Assembly: GCA_036675505.1 (NCBI GenBank)
Contig: JAKFEW010000047.1
Coordinates: 8,821 to 72,820, forward strand
DNA from: Candidatus Sericytochromatia bacterium
GTDB lineage: Bacteria > Cyanobacteriota > Sericytochromatia > S15B-MN24 > JAQBPE01
Length of the DNA stretch: 64,000 nt
Direction: 5' to 3'
Positions 1 through 7,455 of this stretch are shown here, in pieces (the stretch's first letter is position 1; every line of letters starts with the position of its first letter). Position numbers and translations under genes: made by a program. Below the pieces are notes generated by a model, which was not told where the DNA came from, made no database searches, and was given only the letters and a program-made list of their open reading frames with translations.

Positions 1-720
1 GGCCCCGGCGTCCCGCTTCCAGCTGTCGCCGGCCTTGTCCTCGGAGAGCGCGGCCATGAGCCGTTCGACATGAGCTTCCGTCAGGCGGTGGCGCTTCCAC
101 ACCTCGAACGCCTTGGCCTTCGCCTTCTTGCGCTCGCTCGACGGGTAGGCTTCCCAGAACGCGAGGAACGCGGCCGTGTAGGACGGCGGCTTGCCGGGGT
201 CGTCGGGCTCGCGGCGATCGCCGTCCGGAAGTGCATATGCACGAGAGGCGATCGAGAAAACCTCTCCCCCTCCGGGGGGCATGGGGGGATCCATGTTCCT
301 GTTCCTGTTCCTGTTCCTGTTATCCAGGGACGTCCCGGCGACGGGACCGGGACGTCCCGGTGACAGGTCGTCGCCCACGTGTGAACCGCGGTTCACATCG
401 GGTCGGTCAACGCCCTCGGGCTTTTCCCCGCTCCGTTGCCGGGCCTTCTTCTCCCTCGCCTTTCGACGCTGCTCCATGAGGCGGCCGACGTACTCGTCCC
501 AGTCGTGCATGCGCCAGCCCGCGCTGTGCGGGTCGAGCCAGCCGGCCTCCGTCATCGCACTTGCGAAGCTGGCCGGGTCTCCCGCCCAATCCGCTGCTCG
601 GGCGAGGGCGGGCAGGCGGGCAGGCTCAATGATGCCGTCCTCGGTGAAGTCGACCGCCCAGGCGATCGCCATCGCCACATGGCCGACAACCGTCGCGCGG
701 CCGATGCCGGCAACGTCCAT
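1..720 (-). CDS. Hypothetical integrated-element protein. Start ATG at 718-720; the 3' end lies beyond the window edge. Possibly replication-related.
   Basis: Hand translation of the minus strand gives an uninterrupted frame from ATG(720) to position 1 (MDVAGIGRATVVGH...WRMHDWDEYVGRL...FLAFWEAYPSSERKKAKAKAFEVWKRH...). It is co-oriented with the excisionase and integrase. It is absent from the ORF track because no stop lies in the window. Confidence 0.45.
   Translation of the reverse strand, partial: MDVAGIGRATVVGHVAMAIAWAVDFTEDGIIEPARLPALARAADWAGDPASFASAMTEAGWLDPHSAGWRMHDWDEYVGRLMEQRRKAREKKARQRSGEKPEGVDRPDVNRGSHVGDDLSPGRPGPVAGTSLDNRNRNRNRNMDPPMPPGGGEVFSIASRAYALPDGDRREPDDPGKPPSYTAAFLAFWEAYPSSERKKAKAKAFEVWKRHRLTEAHVERLMAALSEDKAGDSWKRDAGA
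295..318. repeat. (GTTCCT)x4 hexanucleotide microsatellite encoding NRNRNRNR inside the 1-720 ORF
   Basis: gttcctgttcctgttcctgttcct read directly in the sequence. The unit is 6 nt, so slippage would change repeat number without breaking the frame. Confidence 0.8.
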
Positions 721-792
721 CAGGCGATCGGTCTTAGGATGGCGCGGCAGGCTCGTGTGGAACTCGAACCAGACGCCGGGGTCGCGCACGGC

Positions 793-981
793 CTACGCTC
801 CGGTGCGGGTAGCCGTGCGATCGGCCAGCCACGCCTCTACCTGGGCCGGGACGTACATCCGGCGCCTGCCGACTTTCACGAACGGAAGATTGTACCGGCC
901 GGTGCACGCCCAGATATCGAGTGTGGCGCGTTTCACGCCGATCGCCTGAGCCGTCTCCTCTGCGCTCATCATTTTGAGCAT
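793..981 (-). CDS. AlpA/Xis-family excisionase-like HTH DNA-binding protein (62 aa)
   Basis: MLKMMSAEETAQAIGVKRATLDIWACTGRYNLPFVKVGRRRMYVPAQVEAWLADR resembles the prophage AlpA/excisionase HTH (MerR-like) domain. AGGAGG lies 6-8 nt upstream of the ATG at 981. The ORF-track upstream extension looks spurious. Confidence 0.7.
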   Translation of the reverse strand: MLKMMSAEETAQAIGVKRATLDIWACTGRYNLPFVKVGRRRMYVPAQVEAWLADRTATRTGA

Positions 982-1201
982 GGCTACTCCTCCTTGAAGC
1001 CGCGTGGGGCGGCGTGTACCGCACCTGCTTACGCCACCCTTAATGGGTTTGGGGTAATGCTGGTGGACAACAAGAAGGATAGGTAAAGCTGACTCACATA
1101 GGGAGGCTACCCCCTTAACTCTAGGGACAGGGCATTGGGGCCGCAAAAGCAAGACCCCACCCCGAAAATAAGGGGTGGGGTGCTTGCGAGGGCTTAACTT
1201 T

Positions 1202-1897
1202 TCAGTGCTCGAGTCGCTTCCGCCTCCTGTTCTTGTTCGGCTCTTTCTTGTAAACAACTCTCCAAAGGCGCTCCACATCGTGGGTCGCAGGCGCGCCCCC
1301 CGTTAAGGCCAGCAGGCGCTCGCGAAGAAACGCTTCTGTGTCGGACCTCTCGTGGTCCTCGTGGCTGGCTCGCCGGGCTATCGCTTCTGCGATCACGATC
1401 TCCTCGGGGGTCAGGGTAGGGCGCGGCGGTGGCGCGGCGGGCTGTTCAAATGTCGTCGCCTTGACGACCGGCCGGGCGCAAGGAAGGTACTTAGCCAGGG
1501 GCGCCGGGAACGGCGTGATCCCGATCGCCTCCACCCAGCGTGCGAGGTTGAGGCGGCTCACGTCCTCGTCCTCCTCGTCCCAGCCGGGCCGAGCTGCGCG
1601 CAGCGCAACGGCCGCGGGCGGGTCGCTCGACACGTACCCGTCGCGCACAGCTTCCCGGAGGTCGTCCCAAATGGGGCCGACGGCATCAGGAGCGGGGACG
1701 GTTGGTGCGTCGACCCGCTCCTCTACACCTTGGCATAGAAACAGGGCTTCGAAGAATGGAAGCCTGTCACCGGTCTCGTCGCGTGAACTGCGCATCGTCT
1801 CGAGGGCCGGCGCGATGCCAGCACGGTCGCCGCGCGCAAAGCGCCCCCAGCCGCGCGCGGCGCTGCTGTATTCCGCGGCTTGCTGCTCGCTGTCCAC
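1202..1897 (-). CDS. Hypothetical protein of the integrated element
   Basis: 231-aa ORF between the integrase and excisionase on the same strand. High GC3. No recognisable domain. Confidence 0.45.
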   Translation of the reverse strand: MDSEQQAAEYSSAARGWGRFARGDRAGIAPALETMRSSRDETGDRLPFFEALFLCQGVEERVDAPTVPAPDAVGPIWDDLREAVRDGYVSSDPPAAVALRAARPGWDEEDEDVSRLNLARWVEAIGITPFPAPLAKYLPCARPVVKATTFEQPAAPPPRPTLTPEEIVIAEAIARRASHEDHERSDTEAFLRERLLALTGGAPATHDVERLWRVVYKKEPNKNRRRKRLEH

Positions 1898-1900
1898 GTG

Positions 1901-3142
1901 CTACCTCCCCGCCTTGGCGCGCGGCCTGCCTGCCGCGGCCTTGGACACCGCGGCGGCAGCTACCGGGAGGGCGGCGATCTTGGCGGCGGCCAGATGGAGG
2001 GCCTGGTGAGCATCGCGCTTCGCGTCGCGCACCGGGTCGAGAGAGAGGCGCGCGTATACCGCCGTGGTGGCCTGGCTCTTGTGGTTCAGGGCCTTGCCTA
2101 CGACCGCCATGCTCGCGCCGCTGTCAACCATGAAACTGGCGAGCGAGCGGCGAAGGTCGTGGATGCGAAGGTCAGCGATGCCGGCTCGGTCAAGGATGCG
2201 CTGCCAGCCCGCCTTGGGGTCGGCCAGGTGGCCGGCGGCCCCGGTTCCCGGGAACACCCACGGAGAGGTGGAGGTGGCCTGCCGGCGCTGGAGGATGTCG
2301 AGCTCGGCGTTCTCCAGCGGGATGGTCTGGGCGGTGCCGTTCTTCGTGAGCGGGATGCGCCACGTGCGCCCCTCGATGTCGATCTCGTCCCAGCGCATCG
2401 CGAGCACGTTCGCCTTGCGCGCGCCGGTGTAGAGGCTCAGGAGCACGTAGTCGCGCATCGCCTCGCTGGGGTCCTCGGTCACGGCGGCCAGGAAGCGGGC
2501 GACTTCGTGCGGCATCAGCCGGCGCTCGCGGCTCTGCTCGGCGAACGCTTCGACGCCAGCCGCCGGGTTGGGGCCCTTCATCTGGCCCTTCTTGATCGCC
2601 TTGTTGAACACGGCGCGCACCAGCGCCAGCATCCGGTTGGCCGCGTACCGGCCGTGCTCCTCACCGACGCGCTGGTGAAGGGCCTCGACGTCGCGCCCGG
2701 CGATCTGGGAGGGCTTCCGGTTCACGAGCGGGCCCAGGTACGAGCGCACGAGCTTGCGGTACTCGATGATGGTCCGCTCGCCGCGGTCGCCGGACTTCTT
2801 CGGCTGGGCGAGGTACCATTCGCATAGCTCGCCGAAGGTCTTGGCTTGCCGCTCCTCGCGCCGCTGAGCGTTCGGGTCCTCGCCCTCTGCGATCTGATTG
2901 TTGAGCCCTTCGGCCTTCTTGCGGGCCTGCTCGATGGTCAGGTCGGGGTAGGTGCCCAGGCGGATCTGCTGCGGCCGGTCGTTGTACCACCGGTAGATGT
3001 AGAAGGACTTGGCGCCTCGGTCGGTCACGCGGATCGCGAGGCCCCGCACCTTGGCGTCGTACACGAAGTACCGCTTGCCGGCCTCGGCCGGCGGCAGGGT
3101 GTCGATGATCGCTTTGGTGAGGCTGCGTCGGTCCTGCGCCAT
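1901..3142 (-). CDS. int: P4-type tyrosine recombinase/integrase
   Basis: The N-terminal arm-binding region (KRYFVYDAKVRGLAIRVTDRGAKSFYIYRW) is DUF4102-like. The C-terminal catalytic region contains ...RIHDLRRS...HKSQATTAVYARL (conserved R..H..R..Y). The likely true start is M31 (MAQDRRS), which has a GGAGG RBS. The ORF-track start at 3232 has none. Confidence 0.85.
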   Translation of the reverse strand: MAQDRRSLTKAIIDTLPPAEAGKRYFVYDAKVRGLAIRVTDRGAKSFYIYRWYNDRPQQIRLGTYPDLTIEQARKKAEGLNNQIAEGEDPNAQRREERQAKTFGELCEWYLAQPKKSGDRGERTIIEYRKLVRSYLGPLVNRKPSQIAGRDVEALHQRVGEEHGRYAANRMLALVRAVFNKAIKKGQMKGPNPAAGVEAFAEQSRERRLMPHEVARFLAAVTEDPSEAMRDYVLLSLYTGARKANVLAMRWDEIDIEGRTWRIPLTKNGTAQTIPLENAELDILQRRQATSTSPWVFPGTGAAGHLADPKAGWQRILDRAGIADLRIHDLRRSLASFMVDSGASMAVVGKALNHKSQATTAVYARLSLDPVRDAKRDAHQALHLAAAKIAALPVAAAAVSKAAAGRPRAKAGR

Positions 3143-3320
3143 CTGAGACCTCCATTTCATATGCCCGGGGTTCGGGCATAGGCCGGGCATAGAAGATAGG
3201 TATATATGCGCAGTTTTACGAAACCCTGTCAACCTAGATAATTACTGCATATGCACTTTCTAGCAACCCTTCCCGGCATAGACTGAACTATACGATTCTA
3301 GGTGCGCCCACACACTTTTA

Positions 3321-3356
3321 ATCTGCGGGTCCCGGGTTCAAGTCCCGGCGCGCTCA
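3321..3356 (+). other. tRNA 3' fragment (variable-loop remnant, T-arm and acceptor 3' strand) = att core at the element junction (attR)
   Basis: The fragment reads ...ggtcccgggttcaagtcccggcgcgctcA. The T-stem is ccggg/cccgg, the T-loop is ttcaagt, the acceptor 3' strand is cgcgctc, and the discriminator is A. No matching 5' acceptor strand (gagcgcg) lies within 100 nt upstream, so this is a fragment and not a gene. Confidence 0.6.
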
Positions 3357-3367
3357 TAAGTGAAGAA

Positions 3368-3402
3368 GCCGCTTTCCAGGATTGCTGGAAGGCGGCCTTT
3401 TT
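3368..3402 (+). terminator. Rho-independent terminator immediately after the tRNA 3' fragment
   Basis: gccgctttcc-aggattgct-ggaaggcggc stem-loop with one G-U pair, followed by cTTTTTg. Confidence 0.6.
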
Positions 3403-3474
3403 GTTGGGGCATACACCGGGCATACAACGGGCGAGAGGTCTCGGCGCGCCGTCGTGGCCCGGAACATCACCTCA

Positions 3475-4035
3475 TCACGGATTCCAGAGGATTAGACGAT
3501 CTGGAAGACTCGTGAAAGCCACTTGGCCTTCACGGCCGATCGTGAGGTTGGCGATCCACCATGGGGCGGGCTGATTGGGCGTGGGGCACAACATCATCAG
3601 CTTGAAGCCGCTGGAACTGCCCACGTCCGGCTCTGACGCAATCAACGAATGGCGGGAGCCATCGGCCTGGAACCGCACGATAGCCGTCGCGTATGGGTTG
3701 CTCTCGCCGTGAGCGCCGTCGAGTGGGCCGGCTTCGGCGACGATTACTGGTCCACCGGGAACGCCGGAGAGCGCCATCGGGTTCGTCACCCGACGGCCGT
3801 GCTCCCATGGGCGGGGCGCTTGGTCTGGCACCACATACCAGAGCGCGTCGACTCGTGTTTCGACCCGCGCCTCGGATTCAGTCGTCGGCTCGGCCTCGCG
3901 GTGCTCGTCCTCCTCGATGGCCGCATCCTCGTCAGCTTTTTCCGGCTCCTCCCACTCGTCGAAGTAATTGAACCCGGAATCGACCAGTCCCACGACGAAT
4001 GCGGCTGTCGGCACATAGATCGTGACTGCATTCAT
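3475..4035 (-). CDS. Hypothetical protein
   Basis: 186-aa ORF with an acidic middle region. No recognisable domain. Confidence 0.4.
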   Translation of the reverse strand: MNAVTIYVPTAAFVVGLVDSGFNYFDEWEEPEKADEDAAIEEDEHREAEPTTESEARVETRVDALWYVVPDQAPRPWEHGRRVTNPMALSGVPGGPVIVAEAGPLDGAHGESNPYATAIVRFQADGSRHSLIASEPDVGSSSGFKLMMLCPTPNQPAPWWIANLTIGREGQVAFTSLPDRLILWNP

Positions 4036-4140
4036 GAAATTCTGAACGATTGAATTCGGCTCTATCGATTCACTCTAGCAGGCTTGCGCGGGAGTACCTC
4101 GAAGAGGACGCGGGCATGCAGGTCCAGAGCGCGTGAGCTC

Positions 4141-4695
4141 TCAGCGGGAAGCCGGTTGAATCACGGAAGGCTCGCCAACGTTCTCCCACGTCCGCCCGTC
4201 GAAGCGCTGAGCCTGCCGCAGGTAGCGGCCGTCGTCGGCCAGGTACTGGAATTCCCGTTCGCCACCGGCCGGCCCGGGCACGGAGAACGCCTGGGGCTCC
4301 ACCTGGGTGGCGGCGACCGGCGCCGGCCTGGCGACCGCGGGCTTCGCGGGCGGCGGCGCGACGACGCGCGCGACTTTCGGCGCCTGGAGCGCGGTGAGCG
4401 CACGGGCCAGGGCGCCGCGCGTTTCGGGGCCCACGATGCCGTCCACCGCCAGGCCGTTGGCCCGCTGGAAGGCCACGAGCTCGATCAGCGTCTCGGCGCC
4501 GAACCGGCCATCTACCTGGAGCTGGGCGCCGCACGCGGCCAGGACGCGTTGGATGTTGGCCACGGCCGGTCCCCGCTGCCCGGTATGGACCAGGCCCTGT
4601 GGCGGCAGCTTGGTGTAAGCGCCTGTCTGTGCGGACGCCGGGGAGGCGGCCATACCCACCAGGATCACCGCTGCCAGGAAACGTGAAGCCATCAT
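4141..4695 (-). CDS. Secreted peptidoglycan-binding-domain protein
   Basis: The signal peptide is [25 protein letters not shown]_binding_1-like segment follows ([49 protein letters not shown]). I placed the start at the MM codon pair (4695). Confidence 0.65.
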   Translation of the reverse strand: MMASRFLAAVILVGMAASPASAQTGAYTKLPPQGLVHTGQRGPAVANIQRVLAACGAQLQVDGRFGAETLIELVAFQRANGLAVDGIVGPETRGALARALTALQAPKVARVVAPPPAKPAVARPAPVAATQVEPQAFSVPGPAGGEREFQYLADDGRYLRQAQRFDGRTWENVGEPSVIQPASR

Positions 4696-4832
4696 CGTCC
4701 TACCCTTTTCACCCCCGCGAACCGCCATCGGAACGCGAGCCGAGCAATCGTTGTACCCTACCGACAGGCGTGTCAGGCGTTCGCATGGTATCTTCCGTGG
4801 CGACGTTCGTTCACCCAGGAGGAGGATCAACC

Positions 4833-5198
4833 ATGGCAGACCAGGCAGCACCGGAAGTCACGACCGCGTCGGGACTCGGCTACACCGTACTGAAAGCCGC
4901 CGATGAAGGCGCCCGCACGGCCGCAGCCGGCGATCAGGTCGCCGTCCATTACACGGGCTGGCTGACCAACGGCACGAAGTTCGACTCGTCGCTCGACCGC
5001 AACAGCCCGTTCGGCTTCAGGGTCGGCGGAGGCAACGTGATCAAGGGCTGGGACGAAGGCGTGGCCGGCATGAAGGTCGGCGAGAAGCGCAAGCTCACGA
5101 TCCCCGCCTCCCTGGGCTATGGGGCGAGTGGCGCCGGTGGCGTGATTCCGCCGAACGCCACGCTGATCTTCGACGTCGAGCTGCTCGAGATCAAGTAG
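4833..5198 (+). CDS. FKBP-type peptidyl-prolyl cis-trans isomerase
   Basis: [81 protein letters not shown] is the canonical FKBP domain. AGGAGGAGG lies upstream of the ATG at 4833. Confidence 0.9.
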   Translation: MADQAAPEVTTASGLGYTVLKAADEGARTAAAGDQVAVHYTGWLTNGTKFDSSLDRNSPFGFRVGGGNVIKGWDEGVAGMKVGEKRKLTIPASLGYGASGAGGVIPPNATLIFDVELLEIK

Positions 5199-5230
5199 GC
5201 GAGCGTTCGGCTGTCATTCGCCCGAGAAGC

Positions 5231-5262
5231 GGGTCGTCCCGGTTGCGGACGGCCCGATTTTC
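5231..5262 (+). terminator. Putative intrinsic terminator after the FKBP gene
   Basis: gggtcgtccc-ggttgc-ggacggccc hairpin followed by gaTTTTc. Confidence 0.4.
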
Positions 5263-5272
5263 ACGTGCACCC

Positions 5273-5300
5273 TTGACGTATTCCCATATGGGAATATGAT
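5273..5300 (+). promoter_or_regulatory. Candidate ArsR operator/promoter: the perfect 18-bp palindrome TATTCCCATATGGGAATA lies between a TTGACG -35 element and a TATGAT -10-like element
   Basis: ccTTGACGtattcccatatgggaaTATGATgg sits 10-30 nt upstream of the ArsR start at 5307. Palindromes that overlap the promoter spacer are typical of ArsR/SmtB autoregulation. Confidence 0.5.
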
Positions 5301-5306
5301 GGACTC

Positions 5307-5663
5307 ATGGCACGGTCAGCAACGACATCGGACGTCTTCAACGCGGTGGCAGAGCCTCGGCGCCGCCAGATCCTCGAGCTGCTCGCGCCGCGCGAGCGAT
5401 CCGTGAACGACGTCGCGCGGCTGCTGTGCCTGGCCCAGCCGACAGCTTCCAAGCACCTCAAGGTCTTGAAGGAGGTCGGGCTCGTGAGCGTGCGCGAGGA
5501 CGGCCCGCACCGGCTGTACAGCCTGAACGGCGGCGCGCTCAAGTCCATTTACGATTGGGCCGGGCAATTCGAGGCACTCTGGACCGCGCGCTTCGCGCGC
5601 ATGGACGAGCTCCTCGAGGAGCTGAAAGCCCAGGAACGCGACAGCGAAGGAGGAGAAAAATGA
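5307..5663 (+). CDS. ArsR/SmtB-family transcriptional regulator
   Basis: EPRRRQILELLAPRERSVNDVARLLCLAQPTASKHLKVLKEVGLVSVREDGPHRLYSL is a winged-HTH ArsR signature. Confidence 0.85.
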   Translation: MARSATTSDVFNAVAEPRRRQILELLAPRERSVNDVARLLCLAQPTASKHLKVLKEVGLVSVREDGPHRLYSLNGGALKSIYDWAGQFEALWTARFARMDELLEELKAQERDSEGGEK

Positions 5664-6160
5664 CCACCACCAACCGCGCCCGCCACGAGCTCACGATCGT
5701 GTCGGACACCGAGATCCGCATCACGCGCGACTTCGACGCCCCGGCACGGCTCGTCTTCAAGGCCACCACCACGCCCGAATACATGAAGCGCTGGTATGGC
5801 TGCAGCGAGATGGAAATGACCACTTGCGAGATCGACCTGCGGCCCGGTGGCGCATTTCTCTGGGTGCTGCGCGACCAGGACGGCTCGGAGTACAAGTTCA
5901 AGGGCGAGTACCGTGAGGTCGACCCGCCCCACAAGGTGGTCTTCACCGAATCATTCCTGATGGGTGACACCTGGACCAACGGCGCGCTGAACACGGTCGC
6001 GATGAACGAGCATGACGGCAAGACCACGGTCACGATCGGGATCGTGTACGCCTCGAAGGCGGACCGCGACGGCCACCTGGGCGCAGGCATGGAGACCGGC
6101 ATGGCCCAGGCCCACACCCGCCTCGACGCACTGCTCGCCGAACTGGTCCAGGCCGCCTAG
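5660..6160 (+). CDS. SRPBCC-superfamily protein (Aha1/AHSA1-like)
   Basis: ELTIVSDTEIRITRDFDAPARLVFKATTTPEYMKRWYGCSEMEMTTCEIDLRPGGAF... matches the SRPBCC/AHSA1 family. Its ATG overlaps the ArsR stop (ATGA). The ArsR-SRPBCC pairing is recurrent. Confidence 0.75.
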   Translation: MTTTNRARHELTIVSDTEIRITRDFDAPARLVFKATTTPEYMKRWYGCSEMEMTTCEIDLRPGGAFLWVLRDQDGSEYKFKGEYREVDPPHKVVFTESFLMGDTWTNGALNTVAMNEHDGKTTVTIGIVYASKADRDGHLGAGMETGMAQAHTRLDALLAELVQAA

Positions 6161-6273
6161 GCGGCCTGGAGGGAATTTTACGGAAGGTTAACGCCAGCAA
6201 TGGCGACCGCGAGCCGACAACTCCTTCCAGTTGGAGTCGGTCGGCCGCGGGTGCGGCGGCCTGGGAGGTCACC

Positions 6274-7440
6274 GTGGGATCCTGGAGCTTGCCGCCCGCG
6301 TTCGCGGGCCTGGTGCGCATGTTCGCGGCGGAGCAGCCCGCTGCTTCGCCGCCGCCCGTGGCGGCGGAGCCTTCGCGCGTGGCCGCGGCGCCCGCCGTCT
6401 CGGAGGTGATGGGCCATGACCGCTGGGCGCCCACCGCCCGCCCGACCCCGAAGCGGCTTGCGCCTCCGCCGCCGCCCGGCGCGGCTGCGGGCCGCATCAA
6501 GCTCGACACGGTCTCCTCGCCCTTCGTGAAGGACCCGGCGTTCGCCAACGAGGGCGCGCCGATCGGCGGCAAGCGCTACATGGTCTTCGGCGATCTCACG
6601 CGCTTCTACCTCAAGGGCTTCGACGTCGCCGCCACGGCGGAAGGCAAGCCCGGCCTGCGGTTCGGCGCGGGCGAGGTCCCGATCGACGTGAAGGGCCTGC
6701 CGGCCGGCGTGAACGGCCTGTGGGCGCCCGAGGTCGTGGTGCGCGGCGATCGCGTCCTACTGCTCTATGCCGGCGGCGCGCAGGGCTTCGGCGGCATCGA
6801 CTGGCCGAGCTTCCGGCTGCGGCTCGCCGAGGTACCGCTCAGGGACTTCGAGGCGGCGGTGCGGGCGGGCAAGCCGGTGCCGTTCGAGGACAAGGGCGCG
6901 CTCTTCCCGGACCAGGCCACCTTCGGCGACGATCCGAGCTTCGCGATGATCGACCCCGCGCTCCACGTCGCGCCGGATGGCACGGCGCACGTCACCTACA
7001 CCGTGGTGAAGCACGGCATCCCCGGCCAGCGGCCCCACGAGGAGTTCGTGCGCTCGCGCCGGGTCGATCCGGAGAACCCGCTGGTGGCCCTCGGCCCCGA
7101 TACGCCGATGATCGACGGCCTGGCCGGTGGCCGCCACGACGGCGTGGCCGAGGCGCAGGACGTGGTCACGATCGATGGCAAGCAGGTGCTCTTCGTCTCC
7201 AGCCGCGCCGGCGACAAGGACCAGCGCGTCTACGCCGCCCCCGTGGACCCGGGCCTCGGGCGGGTGGCCGAGGCGGCGTTGAAGCCTGTGCTCGAGCCCG
7301 GTGGCGAGGATTGGAGCGCGAAGGCGGTCGGCTCGACCGGCGCCGCGGTGATCGACGGGCAGCTCTTCGTGGTGCACCAGGGCATGGGCGCGGACGGCAA
7401 GTTCTCGCTGGGGTTCCGGACGCTGGCGAAGCCCGTCTGA
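6274..7440 (+). CDS. Hypothetical protein, possibly a five-bladed beta-propeller (GH43/DUF377-like). Start uncertain.
   Basis: 388-aa high-GC3 ORF. It has weak resemblance to glycoside hydrolase family 43 beta-propellers (segments with D..G..Y..Y). The N-terminal ~80 aa are Pro/Ala-rich, so the true start may lie downstream. Confidence 0.4.
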   Translation: MGSWSLPPAFAGLVRMFAAEQPAASPPPVAAEPSRVAAAPAVSEVMGHDRWAPTARPTPKRLAPPPPPGAAAGRIKLDTVSSPFVKDPAFANEGAPIGGKRYMVFGDLTRFYLKGFDVAATAEGKPGLRFGAGEVPIDVKGLPAGVNGLWAPEVVVRGDRVLLLYAGGAQGFGGIDWPSFRLRLAEVPLRDFEAAVRAGKPVPFEDKGALFPDQATFGDDPSFAMIDPALHVAPDGTAHVTYTVVKHGIPGQRPHEEFVRSRRVDPENPLVALGPDTPMIDGLAGGRHDGVAEAQDVVTIDGKQVLFVSSRAGDKDQRVYAAPVDPGLGRVAEAALKPVLEPGGEDWSAKAVGSTGAAVIDGQLFVVHQGMGADGKFSLGFRTLAKPV

Positions 7441-7455
7441 TCAGAACCCGTCTGA

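Larger units (their letters stand above)
1..3356. mobile_element. Right-hand end of an integrated element (prophage/ICE/genomic island) ending at a tRNA-derived att core. The rest lies left of the window.
   Basis: A replication-like ORF, Xis, a hypothetical gene and Int are all on the minus strand. A partial tRNA 3' end sits immediately right of int, followed by a native terminator. Confidence 0.65.

Noticed and set aside
70-1086. Stack of overlapping + strand ORFs (97, 252, 82 and 216 aa) at the left edge
   Set aside because: All are antisense to the continuous minus-strand ORF (1-720) and to the excisionase gene. None has a recognisable domain or RBS.
3270-3356. Possibility that a complete (class I or class II) tRNA gene ends at 3356
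   Set aside because: The acceptor 3' strand cgcgctc has no complementary gagcgcg within 100 nt upstream. Neither a 76-nt nor an ~88-nt cloverleaf can be closed. I interpret it as an att-core fragment.
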